NCBI GenBank assembly: GCA_035559595.1
Contig: DATMBF010000028.1
Location: 23,864 to 87,863 of the forward strand
From: Bacteroidota bacterium
GTDB lineage: Bacteria; Bacteroidota; Ignavibacteria; UBA10030
Length of the DNA: 64,000 nucleotides
Direction: 5' to 3'
Position 1 is the first letter of the stretch. Every line of letters begins with the position of its first letter. Below are positions 1 through 9,930 of the stretch, piece after piece. The notes beneath the pieces are model-generated. The model was not told the DNA's origin and made no database searches. It saw only the letters and a program-made list of their open reading frames with translations. The position numbers and the translations under genes are program-made.

Positions 1-176
1 TTTGCTTCTCTCCGTATCGGCTATCAGAGCTCGTCTGACGTGCGTTCGCTTTCTGGAGGTATCGGGCTATCTTATCATTTCTTAAACCTTGACTACGCCT
101 ACGTCCCCTTTTTACTTCGTTTAGGCGATGGTCACATCCTCTCACTTCGATTCCTCCTTTAGAGCAACAACCACGA

Positions 177-1142
177 ATGCCTCTAAGAGTCGTGAAATAC
201 TCCATTGATTGGAAGGAACGGTGGGACAGGTTCGTTCTTCACTCCAACAATGGAACACTCTTCCATCTTCAAACCTTTCTGGAATACCATCCGGCTGGTC
301 GCTTCAAATGGCATCATCTTCTGTTTCTCGAAGGAGACAAGATCATAGCCGTTCTTCCAGCAGCAGAAATGGGAACCACTCTTGAGTCCCCTATTGGCGC
401 TTCTTATGGTTCGTTCGTTACCGAGGACATCCCATTTGCCAAGTCGCTCGAGCTAGTTGATGCCTTTTCAGAGTACTGCCGCGAGCAGCAATTCGAGCGA
501 GCACTTCTTACGGCTCCTCCATTCATTTATCAGGACATGATTTCCCAGAACATCGATTATGCTCTTGCTTACAGGGGGTTCGCCTATGACAAGCATTATA
601 TTTCTCATGCGATCCGTCTCAATGACACCGATATGGTGGAACGGTTTCAAAGCACGGCGAGGAGGTACATCCACAAGCATCTCAGAGAGCGCACGCTTAG
701 TGTCGAACAAAGCGACGATTATGAGGCCTTTTACCCCATTCTCCTGAAAAACAAGGCAAGGCACGGCGTGAAGCCCACGCACACGCTCGAGGAGCTTTTG
801 AAATTACGAGCGTTGCTCCCTGACCGATTTGTTCTGTTTTTGGTCAAGAAGGACCGAAAACCCATAGCCGGCTCACTTGTTTTCGTATGTAATTCACAGG
901 TTGCGCTTTGCTTCTACAATATGCTCCTCTATGAGTACGAGCAGTACAATCCAATCCATGTTGTCATGCATGAAGTTGTGAGGTGGGCTCAAGAAAACGG
1001 TTTTCGATGGGTCGACATCGGGGTTTCCCAAGACACGAAAGCGAACAACCCGATGACTCCCGCGTTGGGGCTTATTAAGTTTAAAGAGAAATTCAATGCT
1101 CGGGGGATTCTCCGGAGCACGTTCTACAAGCGCTTTCTGTAA
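177..1142 (+). CDS. FemAB-family / GNAT-fold (Acetyltransf_6-like) acyltransferase associated with polysaccharide loci
   Basis: 321-aa ORF. The C-terminal region YNMLLYEYEQYNPIHVVMHEVVRWAQENGFRWVDIG resembles FemAB/BioF2-like acyltransferases. It sits at the head of a glycosyltransferase cluster. Confidence 0.5.
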   Translation: MPLRVVKYSIDWKERWDRFVLHSNNGTLFHLQTFLEYHPAGRFKWHHLLFLEGDKIIAVLPAAEMGTTLESPIGASYGSFVTEDIPFAKSLELVDAFSEYCREQQFERALLTAPPFIYQDMISQNIDYALAYRGFAYDKHYISHAIRLNDTDMVERFQSTARRYIHKHLRERTLSVEQSDDYEAFYPILLKNKARHGVKPTHTLEELLKLRALLPDRFVLFLVKKDRKPIAGSLVFVCNSQVALCFYNMLLYEYEQYNPIHVVMHEVVRWAQENGFRWVDIGVSQDTKANNPMTPALGLIKFKEKFNARGILRSTFYKRFL

Positions 1143-1146
1143 TCGC

Positions 1147-2241
1147 ATGAAGATTCTTCATATCGCACCACTCAACGTTGCGGGTGTTCCCTACAGCATG
1201 GTGGATATGCAGAGAAGATTCGGCCACGATGCACGCCTCGTGACTCTTTATCGTAACGCCTTTGGGTTCCCTGAAGATATCTGCCTCGATCTCCCCCTCC
1301 CGCGCAATCCGCTTGCCCAGAAATGGCGAGACTTCAAGCGAGGTATTCAAAAGACTGCGATCCGAATCGGCGGTCACAATCCAGACACGTTTCTCCCTCT
1401 TTACCGTCCTCACAATGTCTTTGAGCACGTGTATTTTCGCTGGGATGATATTCGAAGGTCCCCGTCCGTTCACAAGGCCATTCGTGATTTCGGATTGGAT
1501 GACTTCGAGGTTGTCCATTACGACGGTGGTCTGGATTTCTTCCGTGATGCGCGCCTTGCGAAACGATGGAAGCAGGAGGGAAAAAAGATCGTCTGTCACT
1601 ACATGGGGAGCGATCTGCGAGTGCGGGGAATCCATCGCGTGATGGATCAGTTGAGCGATCTCAATCTCACGAACGAGAGTGATCATCTCCTCCGGCATCC
1701 AAACATCCACTATATCTATATTCCGTTCGACCCAACCCCATTTCGTGTCCGATCGGCAGAAAACAAACCGCTCAGGATCATTCATTCTCCAACAAACAGA
1801 GCGATGAAGGGAACTCACCTCATCCTTCCCGTCATTGAACGTCTCAAAAAGATTCGTGATATCGAATTCGTGCTTGCTGAAGGAATGCCGCACGCTGATG
1901 TCCTCGCCATCAAACAGACATGCGATATTGCCATCGAACAGGTCGGAAACCTTGGTGGTACAGGGTACGGACGGAATTCGCTCGAGAGTCTTTCCATGGG
2001 TATTCCAACGGTAACCGAAATGACGCCCGACTATATTGCGTGGCTTCCCGAGAATCCGTTTTTCCTCGTTACTGCCGACACGCTCTTCGAGAAGCTTCTT
2101 GAGCTCATCGACGATGCGGAACTTCGCCGGCGATTGTCCACAAAAGGCCGGAAATGGGTTGAACGATATCACTCTTACGAATCCGTTTACAGGAGTCTTC
2201 TTGAGCTCTACCGACGGCACGGCATTCTCCCCAATGAGTGA
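1147..2241 (+). CDS. GT-B fold glycosyltransferase (GT1/GT4-like)
   Basis: In-frame ATG (MKILHIAPLNVAG...) is 4 nt after the upstream stop. The N-terminus is typical of GT4 enzymes and the C-terminal half resembles the Glycos_transf_1 domain. The track ORF 1096..2241 is an N-terminal over-extension. Confidence 0.6.
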   Translation: MKILHIAPLNVAGVPYSMVDMQRRFGHDARLVTLYRNAFGFPEDICLDLPLPRNPLAQKWRDFKRGIQKTAIRIGGHNPDTFLPLYRPHNVFEHVYFRWDDIRRSPSVHKAIRDFGLDDFEVVHYDGGLDFFRDARLAKRWKQEGKKIVCHYMGSDLRVRGIHRVMDQLSDLNLTNESDHLLRHPNIHYIYIPFDPTPFRVRSAENKPLRIIHSPTNRAMKGTHLILPVIERLKKIRDIEFVLAEGMPHADVLAIKQTCDIAIEQVGNLGGTGYGRNSLESLSMGIPTVTEMTPDYIAWLPENPFFLVTADTLFEKLLELIDDAELRRRLSTKGRKWVERYHSYESVYRSLLELYRRHGILPNE

Positions 2242-4006
2242 ACATCAGCGGCACAAACGTTTTCTCCTTTTGCTGTCGCTCCTTGGTCTCACCCGATTCA
2301 TCAATTTGGGATTTGAAGACCTTCAGGCATGGGATGAAGCCCTCTATGCGATGCGGGCCGTAGGTATCGAAAGGTTTGGTGGTTGGATTGATCAAACCGC
2401 CTTTGCAGTTGATGGATTGTATTCATCCCTTCACCCCCCTTTGTACGTCTGGTTAACAGCGATAGTGCTTGAGAGTTTCGGTACGTCGGAATTCACTCTC
2501 CGTTTCGTTTCGGCTTTGGCTGGTGCATTTACTTTGCCGGTGATCTATGAGACGGGCAGACTGTTGCAGGACGAACGGACTGGCTGGTATGCAGCCCTTT
2601 TGTTCGGCCTCAATCCATTCGTTTCTTTCTTTTCCCGACAAGGTCAATTTGACACCCTGATGGTGCTGTTCATAAGCCTCTCGATGCTCTTCATCCTCCT
2701 CTATCATCAATCCAACAGACGATCTGTCTATCTTCTCCTCGCGGGTTTGTCCGTCGCTGCTTCTCTGATGAGCAAACTGTTTGTGGGAGGAGGTGTTCTC
2801 ATTGCATATCTTGTGTGGGTTCTCTTCAACCCTCAAGAAGATCGCAGAACGCGACTTCGAGAGCTGTTATTGCTTTCAGCGATTGCATCCCTCTCTCTTT
2901 CCTGGCTCATCTACATGACGATAGTCCACGGGCATGGCGATCCGTTGTTTGTCGTTAAGCAATCCGCACTCATTGAACGAGCCGTTACCGGCATCGAAGG
3001 AAATGTCAAGCCGACAGAAATTCTCTACTTTCTGAATCAGCTTGTAGTGCTTTTTCCGCTAGGGGTAAGTTTCTTCGTTGCCGGACTTTATCGAAAGGTC
3101 ACGCAGAAGGACAACAGATGGGCTCTCTTGGCAGTAGTGTTTTTGACATTCTTCATCATCTTCTCAATGATTCGGACGAAGCTGGCGGTTTATCTTCTCC
3201 CTATGCTGGCCCCTGCCTCACTGTTCGCTGCCGGCGAATTGCGAAGACTGAGAGCAAACACCCGCATGCAAAACATCCTGATACTCTCAGGAACTGCGGT
3301 GGCCCTTCTCTGGTCTGCCAGTCAGGACTGGCGCAACAATGTGAAAGACGTTTTAACCTCACTCATGCACCTCGCACTTCCACCAGCCTCAGATGTGACG
3401 GGTATTGTCCTCTTGGGTACTTCTTGCATCCTCGCTTCCCTTGTTCTTATTCTCCTGCTGCGACGCTCGATTGCAACAAGTTTTCTTCGATTCGTCCCCG
3501 TTTTCATCTTTGTTCCAGCCCTTCTTTGGTATGGTCTGAACATCCTCTATTTCGACACCGTACGCTACAACGATGGAGCAGCAAGTCTGCGTGAGTTTGT
3601 CGACCGAACACAACACAAGCGAATCGTGGTGACAGGGTTTGAACGCAATCCTCAATTGACCTACTATCTTGATGGCGCCGATATTGGATGGAGAGATGAT
3701 CTCTCTGTTCGAAGGATTTTTCCACCGTTCGACCGGAGTTCACTTCGGTCGTGGCTCCATGATGAGGTAGCAGCGGAACAAGATCGAGTGCTCCTTGTTA
3801 TAGAGAAAGACAAGTTGATTCGGCACGAAATTATCGATCCTCTGCCGTTCGTCCCGCCGGGATTCGAGCGTGTATTTGAAAGTCGGCGTTACACCTGCTT
3901 CCAGAGAGAACCCGAAGTTCTCCTCGCCAAGGACAAAACGAATTCTTCCGTTCTTGAAAAGTCCGTTATTGCTGATCGATCACCAGCTCTTTCTTATCCG
4001 AAGTGA
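2234..4006 (+). CDS. GT-C family membrane glycosyltransferase (ArnT / PMT-like, GT39/GT83)
   Basis: Start chosen at the internal Met (MSEHQRHKRFLLLLSLLGLTRF...), which overlaps the upstream stop by 8 nt. The protein is multi-TM with an N-terminal region (AWDEALYAMRA...SSLHPPLYVW) typical of ArnT/PMT_2 transferases. Confidence 0.6.
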   Translation: MSEHQRHKRFLLLLSLLGLTRFINLGFEDLQAWDEALYAMRAVGIERFGGWIDQTAFAVDGLYSSLHPPLYVWLTAIVLESFGTSEFTLRFVSALAGAFTLPVIYETGRLLQDERTGWYAALLFGLNPFVSFFSRQGQFDTLMVLFISLSMLFILLYHQSNRRSVYLLLAGLSVAASLMSKLFVGGGVLIAYLVWVLFNPQEDRRTRLRELLLLSAIASLSLSWLIYMTIVHGHGDPLFVVKQSALIERAVTGIEGNVKPTEILYFLNQLVVLFPLGVSFFVAGLYRKVTQKDNRWALLAVVFLTFFIIFSMIRTKLAVYLLPMLAPASLFAAGELRRLRANTRMQNILILSGTAVALLWSASQDWRNNVKDVLTSLMHLALPPASDVTGIVLLGTSCILASLVLILLLRRSIATSFLRFVPVFIFVPALLWYGLNILYFDTVRYNDGAASLREFVDRTQHKRIVVTGFERNPQLTYYLDGADIGWRDDLSVRRIFPPFDRSSLRSWLHDEVAAEQDRVLLVIEKDKLIRHEIIDPLPFVPPGFERVFESRRYTCFQREPEVLLAKDKTNSSVLEKSVIADRSPALSYPK

Positions 4007-4042
4007 AAGAACCTCCACATCACCTTTTCTTTACCTCCGTTC

Positions 4043-5182
4043 GTGAAAACAAATCCTAAGAAGCGTTTGAACATCGCCTTTGTGTGCTTCTCCTCTTCGT
4101 GGGGCGGTCTCGAAATGATGCTTGTAAAACTCGCAGTCGCACTCAAGGGGCGCGGGCACTCCATCACCGTCGTGGCGCCGGCCGGTAGCCCAATTCGGGC
4201 TTATGCGGAACAGCATGGTTTACACTCCCTGGCAGTCACTCCGCGCTTTCGGTATCTTGATTTCGGCACAGCACGAAAAATAGCCAGAGAACTCCGGACC
4301 TTTCAGATAGATATTGTTGTGTGTGGGCTCTCTCGCGACCTCAGCTCCTGTGTGCTTGCTACGAAGATTGCACGGCGCAGCAGACTGGTGTTCTTCCAGC
4401 AAATGCAGTTTGGGTTGAGTAAGAAAGACCTCTTTCACCGTTGGGTCTATGGCAATCTCTCATTGTGGATCACACTCACAGAAACCATGAAAGAAGCGAC
4501 CGCCCGGAACACAACGGTCAGCACCGACAACATTCATGTCATTCCATTTGGTGTCGACATCAACAGGTTTCGGCCGAGACGTTACAAGCGGTCGCGATCA
4601 AGAAAACAATTCAACCTCCCCGAGGAGGGTCCCATTGCGGCAGTTGTTGGTCGGTTTGATCCACAAAAGGGGCAAGATGTCTTTCTCCGGGCCCTTCCGT
4701 CGGTCTTGAAGCGGGTTCCTTCTCTCCATCCAATCTTGGTCGGTGAGGAGACACGTGGAGAGGAAGGATATCTCCGCACGCTGCAAGAGCTCATCGATAC
4801 CCTCGGTCTCAAGCGGAGAGTTCGTATACTGCCCTTCACGAATGAGATCCCCGTTCTTCTTTCAGCAATCGATTTGCTGGTTATCCCAAGCCATAGTGAA
4901 ACGTTTGGCTATATCGCAATCGAGGCAATGGCTATGAAAGTCCCTGTCATCGGTACGAATGCCGGTGGATTGAAGGAGATCGTTGATGATTCCGTTACAG
5001 GTCTCCTTGTTCCCCCCAAAAATGCAGAGGCTCTTGCCGAGGCGATGGTGAGACTCCTGAAAGACAAACCATTAGCGAAAAGAATGGTCGAAGCGGCTCG
5101 ATTGAAAGTGGAGAAACGGTACTTCTTCAGGAAGAACGTTGAAGAGCTCGAGCGGGTTCTCACAAGTATTACAGATGAGTAG
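4043..5182 (+). CDS. GT4 family glycosyltransferase
   Basis: 379-aa ORF. N-terminus NIAFVCFSSSWGGLEMM and C-terminal motifs (ETFGYIAIEAMAMKVPVIGTNAGGLKEIV) are characteristic of GT4 retaining transferases. Confidence 0.75.
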   Translation: MKTNPKKRLNIAFVCFSSSWGGLEMMLVKLAVALKGRGHSITVVAPAGSPIRAYAEQHGLHSLAVTPRFRYLDFGTARKIARELRTFQIDIVVCGLSRDLSSCVLATKIARRSRLVFFQQMQFGLSKKDLFHRWVYGNLSLWITLTETMKEATARNTTVSTDNIHVIPFGVDINRFRPRRYKRSRSRKQFNLPEEGPIAAVVGRFDPQKGQDVFLRALPSVLKRVPSLHPILVGEETRGEEGYLRTLQELIDTLGLKRRVRILPFTNEIPVLLSAIDLLVIPSHSETFGYIAIEAMAMKVPVIGTNAGGLKEIVDDSVTGLLVPPKNAEALAEAMVRLLKDKPLAKRMVEAARLKVEKRYFFRKNVEELERVLTSITDE

Positions 5183-6344
5183 CCATCCCTTGACCTTTGA
5201 CTGCAGAAAGCGTAACAAGGAGCGCGATGAGTGCCAGCTCAAATCTGAACAGCAGAGACGTTAGCGGGTCAATGATAAAGCCGCCGACAAGCCCCGAGAG
5301 GAAGAACAACGACATTGAGGTGAGAAGTCCAAGAAGCAAATCGCGGAAGAAGGGTTCCAGATTCTTGAGCGCTTGGATCCCTTTCGCAAAAATCGTCACA
5401 ACCAACCAAAGGAAGCTCAGAAGTCCAACAAGGCCGCTCTCCATGTAGACCTGTACATAGTCGTTGTGCCAGCTCCCAACGCGTTTGTCAATGAGTTGGT
5501 CGAATGAGGGGAAGATTTCCGGGAATGTTCTCAACCCAAAACCAACCATGGGTCGCTCAAAGGCAAGATTCCACGCTGCTTTCCAGATGACATCCCGTTC
5601 CGTAAGAAAGCCCACGCTGCTGGTCAACCGATCGATAATGCGCTGATGAAGGGCGGGAATTGCTAGGGCGACAAGGGCTACGATACCGAGAATCAGTAAC
5701 AGTCGACGCTCTTTCTTCATTCCTACCGCTAAGACGACCAATCCCATGAGTGCCCAATGGATCCGATTCATTGTACACACGATACCCACCATAAGAAGTG
5801 CACAAGAGAGCAACCAAAGAGCGCGATTCGGAACCAGCTCCTTGTTGCGCCCGAGAAAGAGCCATATTCCGAGTACGGCAGTGAGATACATGCCAAGCGT
5901 CATTGGCCCTGAAGCCGTTGACATGGCACGCTCCGTTATACCCAAGATAAAGTTTGTCGAGCCATACACCGATGCGACTATTGCACTACCGACGAGAACC
6001 CACAAGACGGTTTTGACATGTTTTCGGTCTTCGATTGTAAATTCATGGGTAACGACAAAGAAGATTCCGTAAAAGATGATTTCTTTGTAAAGACCTGCGA
6101 TGCTCAAGCTTGGATTGACAGAGAATGGAATTGACAGAACACGGGCCAACACAAAGGCAAGAAACTGCACATCGAATGGTGTCCGTTTGATCTGCCGAGG
6201 TTGCAACGTCCACAGCTTGGCAATCCACACCACCGTAAGGAGAAGAACGATTCCTTGCACAAGTGGTGTCGAGAAGATGATTGACCCCACAAAGAGCAGG
6301 ATTCCCCATCTGAAAAACTGATCCAATGTTTGAGTCGTTATCAT
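5169..6344 (-). CDS. O-antigen ligase / Wzy-type polymerase family membrane protein
   Basis: 391-aa polytopic membrane protein. A Wzy_C-like segment (WHNDYVQVYMESGLVGLLSFLWL) is present. It is convergent with the GT4 gene. Confidence 0.5.
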   Translation of the reverse strand: MITTQTLDQFFRWGILLFVGSIIFSTPLVQGIVLLLTVVWIAKLWTLQPRQIKRTPFDVQFLAFVLARVLSIPFSVNPSLSIAGLYKEIIFYGIFFVVTHEFTIEDRKHVKTVLWVLVGSAIVASVYGSTNFILGITERAMSTASGPMTLGMYLTAVLGIWLFLGRNKELVPNRALWLLSCALLMVGIVCTMNRIHWALMGLVVLAVGMKKERRLLLILGIVALVALAIPALHQRIIDRLTSSVGFLTERDVIWKAAWNLAFERPMVGFGLRTFPEIFPSFDQLIDKRVGSWHNDYVQVYMESGLVGLLSFLWLVVTIFAKGIQALKNLEPFFRDLLLGLLTSMSLFFLSGLVGGFIIDPLTSLLFRFELALIALLVTLSAVKGQGMATHL

Positions 6345-7645
6345 TCCTGCTGGGGGAACAGTTTGAGCAGTTCAAGGTCCTTTTGCGGCTCAACGCCGGG
6401 CGGAATTATGCCGGGTCGAAAGATATAATGTCCGGAGACCAGGAAAACGATGATGAGAATCTGCACTCCGACGTACAAGGGAATCCCGACGGACCGAATG
6501 GACTTCCTCCGCTCCCATAGACTTACGCCCCATACGATGACTGGTATCGTGGCAGCGTGAAGAGCAATAACCACCTGCCAACCCTGGAGAACAATCGGTG
6601 AGAGGGCTGCGGAGATGACAAGAGAGACGAACGTTGATCCGGCATAGTGCATCAACCACTCTCTGCCCTTCTCTAACTCCTGCTCCCTTTGCCATAAGGG
6701 CCGGAAGAAGCGCCAAGATGCGACGATGCTTATTCCAACGGAGGCGATGGTGAGTGCCTGAAGAATGCGAACGAAAGGCGGCAGCATTGAAGTCCACATC
6801 TGTTCGCCAAACCATCCGTCACTGAGAAAGACAGTCTCATTCAGCATTCTGACAGAATCCAGCGAGCCAAGCGTGAACCAGTAGAGAATCCCCTTGAGCA
6901 TCGGATAGACCATCACGAGCCCGCTTCCGAAGGAGCCGGCTGATCCCTTCGTGACGGGCAAATCACCGGCGAGCAACGCAAGAATAGTCGGAATGAGAGT
7001 CACACCGGCCGTCATCGCTCCCAAACCAAGCGCGATCCACTGAACATGAATCCTCTTCCGGACGATCAACAGTGTCGTCAGGATGAGAAGGAGGAACGCT
7101 GAGTTATGGAGTTGTACGGCCATGATCAGTGCAAGACCGAGTACGAAAGACGGACCTTTGGCAGACTGATCACGGAGTTTCCAACAAGAAAAGAAATGAA
7201 GTGCCCCGGGCAAAAAGACATAAGCAGGTTCCCACAAAAATCCGCCGTTATAGAGTCTCCACGGCGAAAGCCAGAAGACAACCATTGTGAGAACTGCTGC
7301 AGTATTTCCAAAGGCCTCAGAAGTGACACGGAGAACGAAGAAGAGAGCAAACAAGTGGAAGAAGAGAACAAGTATCATCGGCGATTGGTAGTGAGGGATC
7401 ACAGCAAGCGGAATACCGACAAGCAACTGGAGCAGAGCTCCCGGATTCGTCCCCGCACCTCCTGTCAGTTTGGCAAACGGTGCGAGTGTTCCCGTTTGAC
7501 TGAATTCCAGACCCAATCGAAGCAGGTGAATCTGATCTCCCCCCACCCATGAGCGACACGCAAGAACGACATGCAGTGAGAAACCAAGGAGGAGGAAGAA
7601 TAATGCGAGCGGCTGGCGCCGAAACAAGTTTACGACTTCACGCAT
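6341..7645 (-). CDS. polytopic inner-membrane protein of unknown function (possible lipid-linked glycan polymerase / GT-C-like)
   Basis: About 434 aa from the internal Met (MREVVNLFRRQPLALFFLLLGF...), with 10 or more predicted hydrophobic helices. It lies inside the glycosyltransferase cluster and overlaps its neighbours by 4 to 8 nt. Confidence 0.4.
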   Translation of the reverse strand: MREVVNLFRRQPLALFFLLLGFSLHVVLACRSWVGGDQIHLLRLGLEFSQTGTLAPFAKLTGGAGTNPGALLQLLVGIPLAVIPHYQSPMILVLFFHLFALFFVLRVTSEAFGNTAAVLTMVVFWLSPWRLYNGGFLWEPAYVFLPGALHFFSCWKLRDQSAKGPSFVLGLALIMAVQLHNSAFLLLILTTLLIVRKRIHVQWIALGLGAMTAGVTLIPTILALLAGDLPVTKGSAGSFGSGLVMVYPMLKGILYWFTLGSLDSVRMLNETVFLSDGWFGEQMWTSMLPPFVRILQALTIASVGISIVASWRFFRPLWQREQELEKGREWLMHYAGSTFVSLVISAALSPIVLQGWQVVIALHAATIPVIVWGVSLWERRKSIRSVGIPLYVGVQILIIVFLVSGHYIFRPGIIPPGVEPQKDLELLKLFPQQE

Positions 7646-8810
7646 CCTGCCCTGCCGACGACTGGACTGACATGTGGCTAACGTCAAGCTCTTTCCAGAA
7701 TTGAGTCAATGCCTCGGTAATGTCAGCAAGCGAAAGTGATGAAACTGCCGATCCTAGCATGGCGCGAATTGAACGGTAGAAGACACCATAGGGCAACCAC
7801 TGATGGTTTCGTGCTGCGGTCGGAGTGTACAGGGCAAACAGGGGCGTCTGCGTTGCGCTTGCAAAATGAATGATTGACGTATCGGGAGTAACGACATACA
7901 CCGCACCTTCAATGAGCGATGCGATCTCCAGGAGGCCAGCCGTACCTTCCTCAGGATAAACGAGCGGCTTCTCATGACCACTTCGCTGTAGTATTGCATC
8001 AAGAGTCTTACGATCGGATGGTGGAAAAATGAGGACGGGCTGCTCTGGGCGATTCTGTCTAACGAGCCGGATGATTTCCGTTGCTTGCTCAACGGACACG
8101 CGTCTCACCACATCCACCGCAGCGAAATTGAGCACCATGTAACCAGAGCCACCCCCCGCCCTTCCACGTCGTTTCAACCCGCACTTTTGGAGAAACATGT
8201 CGACCCGGTTTTTCGATTTGTCGTCAACAATAATTTCATAACGCAAACGCGCGGGGTCCGTCGGCAATCCGAAAACGTCGTGAATCATGCCCGTAAGGAT
8301 CTCCACCATATGTGGTCCGGTGTGATCGATTGGGATCATGCGATTGAAATAGAAGCTGTACTTGTCCGCTCCCTGTCCAATCTTGATGCCCCTCGGAGCA
8401 ATGACATTCGCCATAATCCCCTCTAACGTCGTCCTATTGAACACAAAGTCAATCACAACATCATAGTTTTCTTTGCGTGCTGCCGCGAGTTCACGAAGAA
8501 ATCGCAGTGGATTGTTGTGGAGAATGTAGATTCTGTCGATATGAGGGTTGAAACGAATGATATCGACGTTGCGTTTGCTGGCGAAGACGGCAAGATGAAG
8601 ATGCGGATTTGCCTCTTTGATCCGCTTAAACATCGGCGTGCTGACAATCATATCCCCAATGCCATCCGCTCTGAAAATCAGAAGCTTCCGTATCGATCCG
8701 ATGTCGACCGGTCTTTTGATAACTTCATTCCGAACAATAAGCCTAAGAATCGGATAAACCACTGCGTGCCGGAATGCGATCTCGAGACTTTTCAGCAGAG
8801 TCTTTTTCAC
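7638..8810 (-). CDS. GT9 family glycosyltransferase (LPS heptosyltransferase-like)
   Basis: LLIFRADGIGDMIVSTPMF is the signature N-terminal motif of GT9 ADP-heptose:LPS heptosyltransferases. The ORF is 390 aa. Confidence 0.75.
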   Translation of the reverse strand: MKKTLLKSLEIAFRHAVVYPILRLIVRNEVIKRPVDIGSIRKLLIFRADGIGDMIVSTPMFKRIKEANPHLHLAVFASKRNVDIIRFNPHIDRIYILHNNPLRFLRELAAARKENYDVVIDFVFNRTTLEGIMANVIAPRGIKIGQGADKYSFYFNRMIPIDHTGPHMVEILTGMIHDVFGLPTDPARLRYEIIVDDKSKNRVDMFLQKCGLKRRGRAGGGSGYMVLNFAAVDVVRRVSVEQATEIIRLVRQNRPEQPVLIFPPSDRKTLDAILQRSGHEKPLVYPEEGTAGLLEIASLIEGAVYVVTPDTSIIHFASATQTPLFALYTPTAARNHQWLPYGVFYRSIRAMLGSAVSSLSLADITEALTQFWKELDVSHMSVQSSAGQDA

Positions 8811-9928
8811 TGGGTAGGCGAGAATGCCGAGCTAGGTATTGGGTGAGTTCGCGTGAGGAGTCTTTTCATTGCTTCGAGGACGGACTCCGGGGAGATAACG
8901 CTGAGATCGTCCACATCCGCAACAAGCGCTTCTGTCGGACTACCATAGGGATCCCAGATCCTCAAATTTTTGTCGGATTGGACATACAAGACAACTGACG
9001 GAATTCCAAATGCGGCTGCCAGATGAACTGCCGAGGTGTCCGGTGTTATAAGCAGCTTCGATCGTTGAATGACAGCAGCAAACTCGTCAAAGCTCTCTAA
9101 GATTGGAGCGAATCTTACTGGGGGATCACCCTGTCCGATGTCTTTGGCCCGCTGATGATCAGAAGGCTTCGAGAGGATGAGAATATCGAATTCCGGATAG
9201 GTCTTTACAATCATTGCAACCAATTTGCGAAAGCGCTCGATCCCCCAGAAGCGTGTGTCATGTCCTGCGGAAATATTTATCGCAAGAACAGGTTTTCCAC
9301 CCAGCCCAAGCTTTTCGAATAGATGCGTCGCACGCGCGGCCGAACGCTCAGAAACGAAGTATCTAACCTTTTTCTCCTCTTGTGAAGGATCAATTCTGAA
9401 AATCCTTAGTAGCTCCGCCAGTCTCTCAACAATATGGATATCGCGACGCGACAGGAGTGGGACCGTTAGATCATAAGCATACGCATTTGCTTTGTCCAGT
9501 CCTACCGACCACCGGGCGCCGGCAATCAAGCAGATGACGGTAGCAGTCGTCGACGGATTGTCCATAAGATCGATGACAAAATCATAGTGCTCACGCCTGA
9601 GCTGAAAAAGAAGCTTCAGCGACGAAAAAAGTCGCTTGCGGTAAATCCAGCGGCGCCGAATAAGGGGATGATGATCAAGGACAAAATGGTTGTTACGACT
9701 TAGAAGGACATCGAGGATGGCATTGGGATAGTGCTTCTTCAGAATCTCAAAGAGCGGTGTGGAGACGAGAACATCGCCAATCCGATCCACTCTGACAAAG
9801 AGGAGTTTTGCAGTATTCACATCGAATGAGGATGGAAGAGGATTTGGAGAACGGCCAAGCTTTCGCAAAAGCCCAAGGATGAGGCGACGGAAGGCGAATT
9901 CAACTCTTTTGAGAGGCATCCTCAACAA
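8807..9928 (-). CDS. GT9 family glycosyltransferase (LPS heptosyltransferase-like), tandem paralog
   Basis: LLFVRVDRIGDVLVSTPLF GT9 motif. The ORF is 373 aa and overlaps the upstream gene by 4 nt. Confidence 0.75.
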   Translation of the reverse strand: MLRMPLKRVEFAFRRLILGLLRKLGRSPNPLPSSFDVNTAKLLFVRVDRIGDVLVSTPLFEILKKHYPNAILDVLLSRNNHFVLDHHPLIRRRWIYRKRLFSSLKLLFQLRREHYDFVIDLMDNPSTTATVICLIAGARWSVGLDKANAYAYDLTVPLLSRRDIHIVERLAELLRIFRIDPSQEEKKVRYFVSERSAARATHLFEKLGLGGKPVLAINISAGHDTRFWGIERFRKLVAMIVKTYPEFDILILSKPSDHQRAKDIGQGDPPVRFAPILESFDEFAAVIQRSKLLITPDTSAVHLAAAFGIPSVVLYVQSDKNLRIWDPYGSPTEALVADVDDLSVISPESVLEAMKRLLTRTHPIPSSAFSPTQ

Positions 9929-9930
9929 GC

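Noticed and set aside
2036-2233. N-terminal 66-aa extension of the ArnT-like ORF, and similar extensions at 1096, 39850, 32566, 26225 and 60082
   Set aside because: The extensions overlap upstream genes or lack signal peptides. Internal ATGs give sensible signal peptides or lipoboxes and the 4-8 nt overlaps typical of this locus. Several track ORFs start on TTG, read as M.
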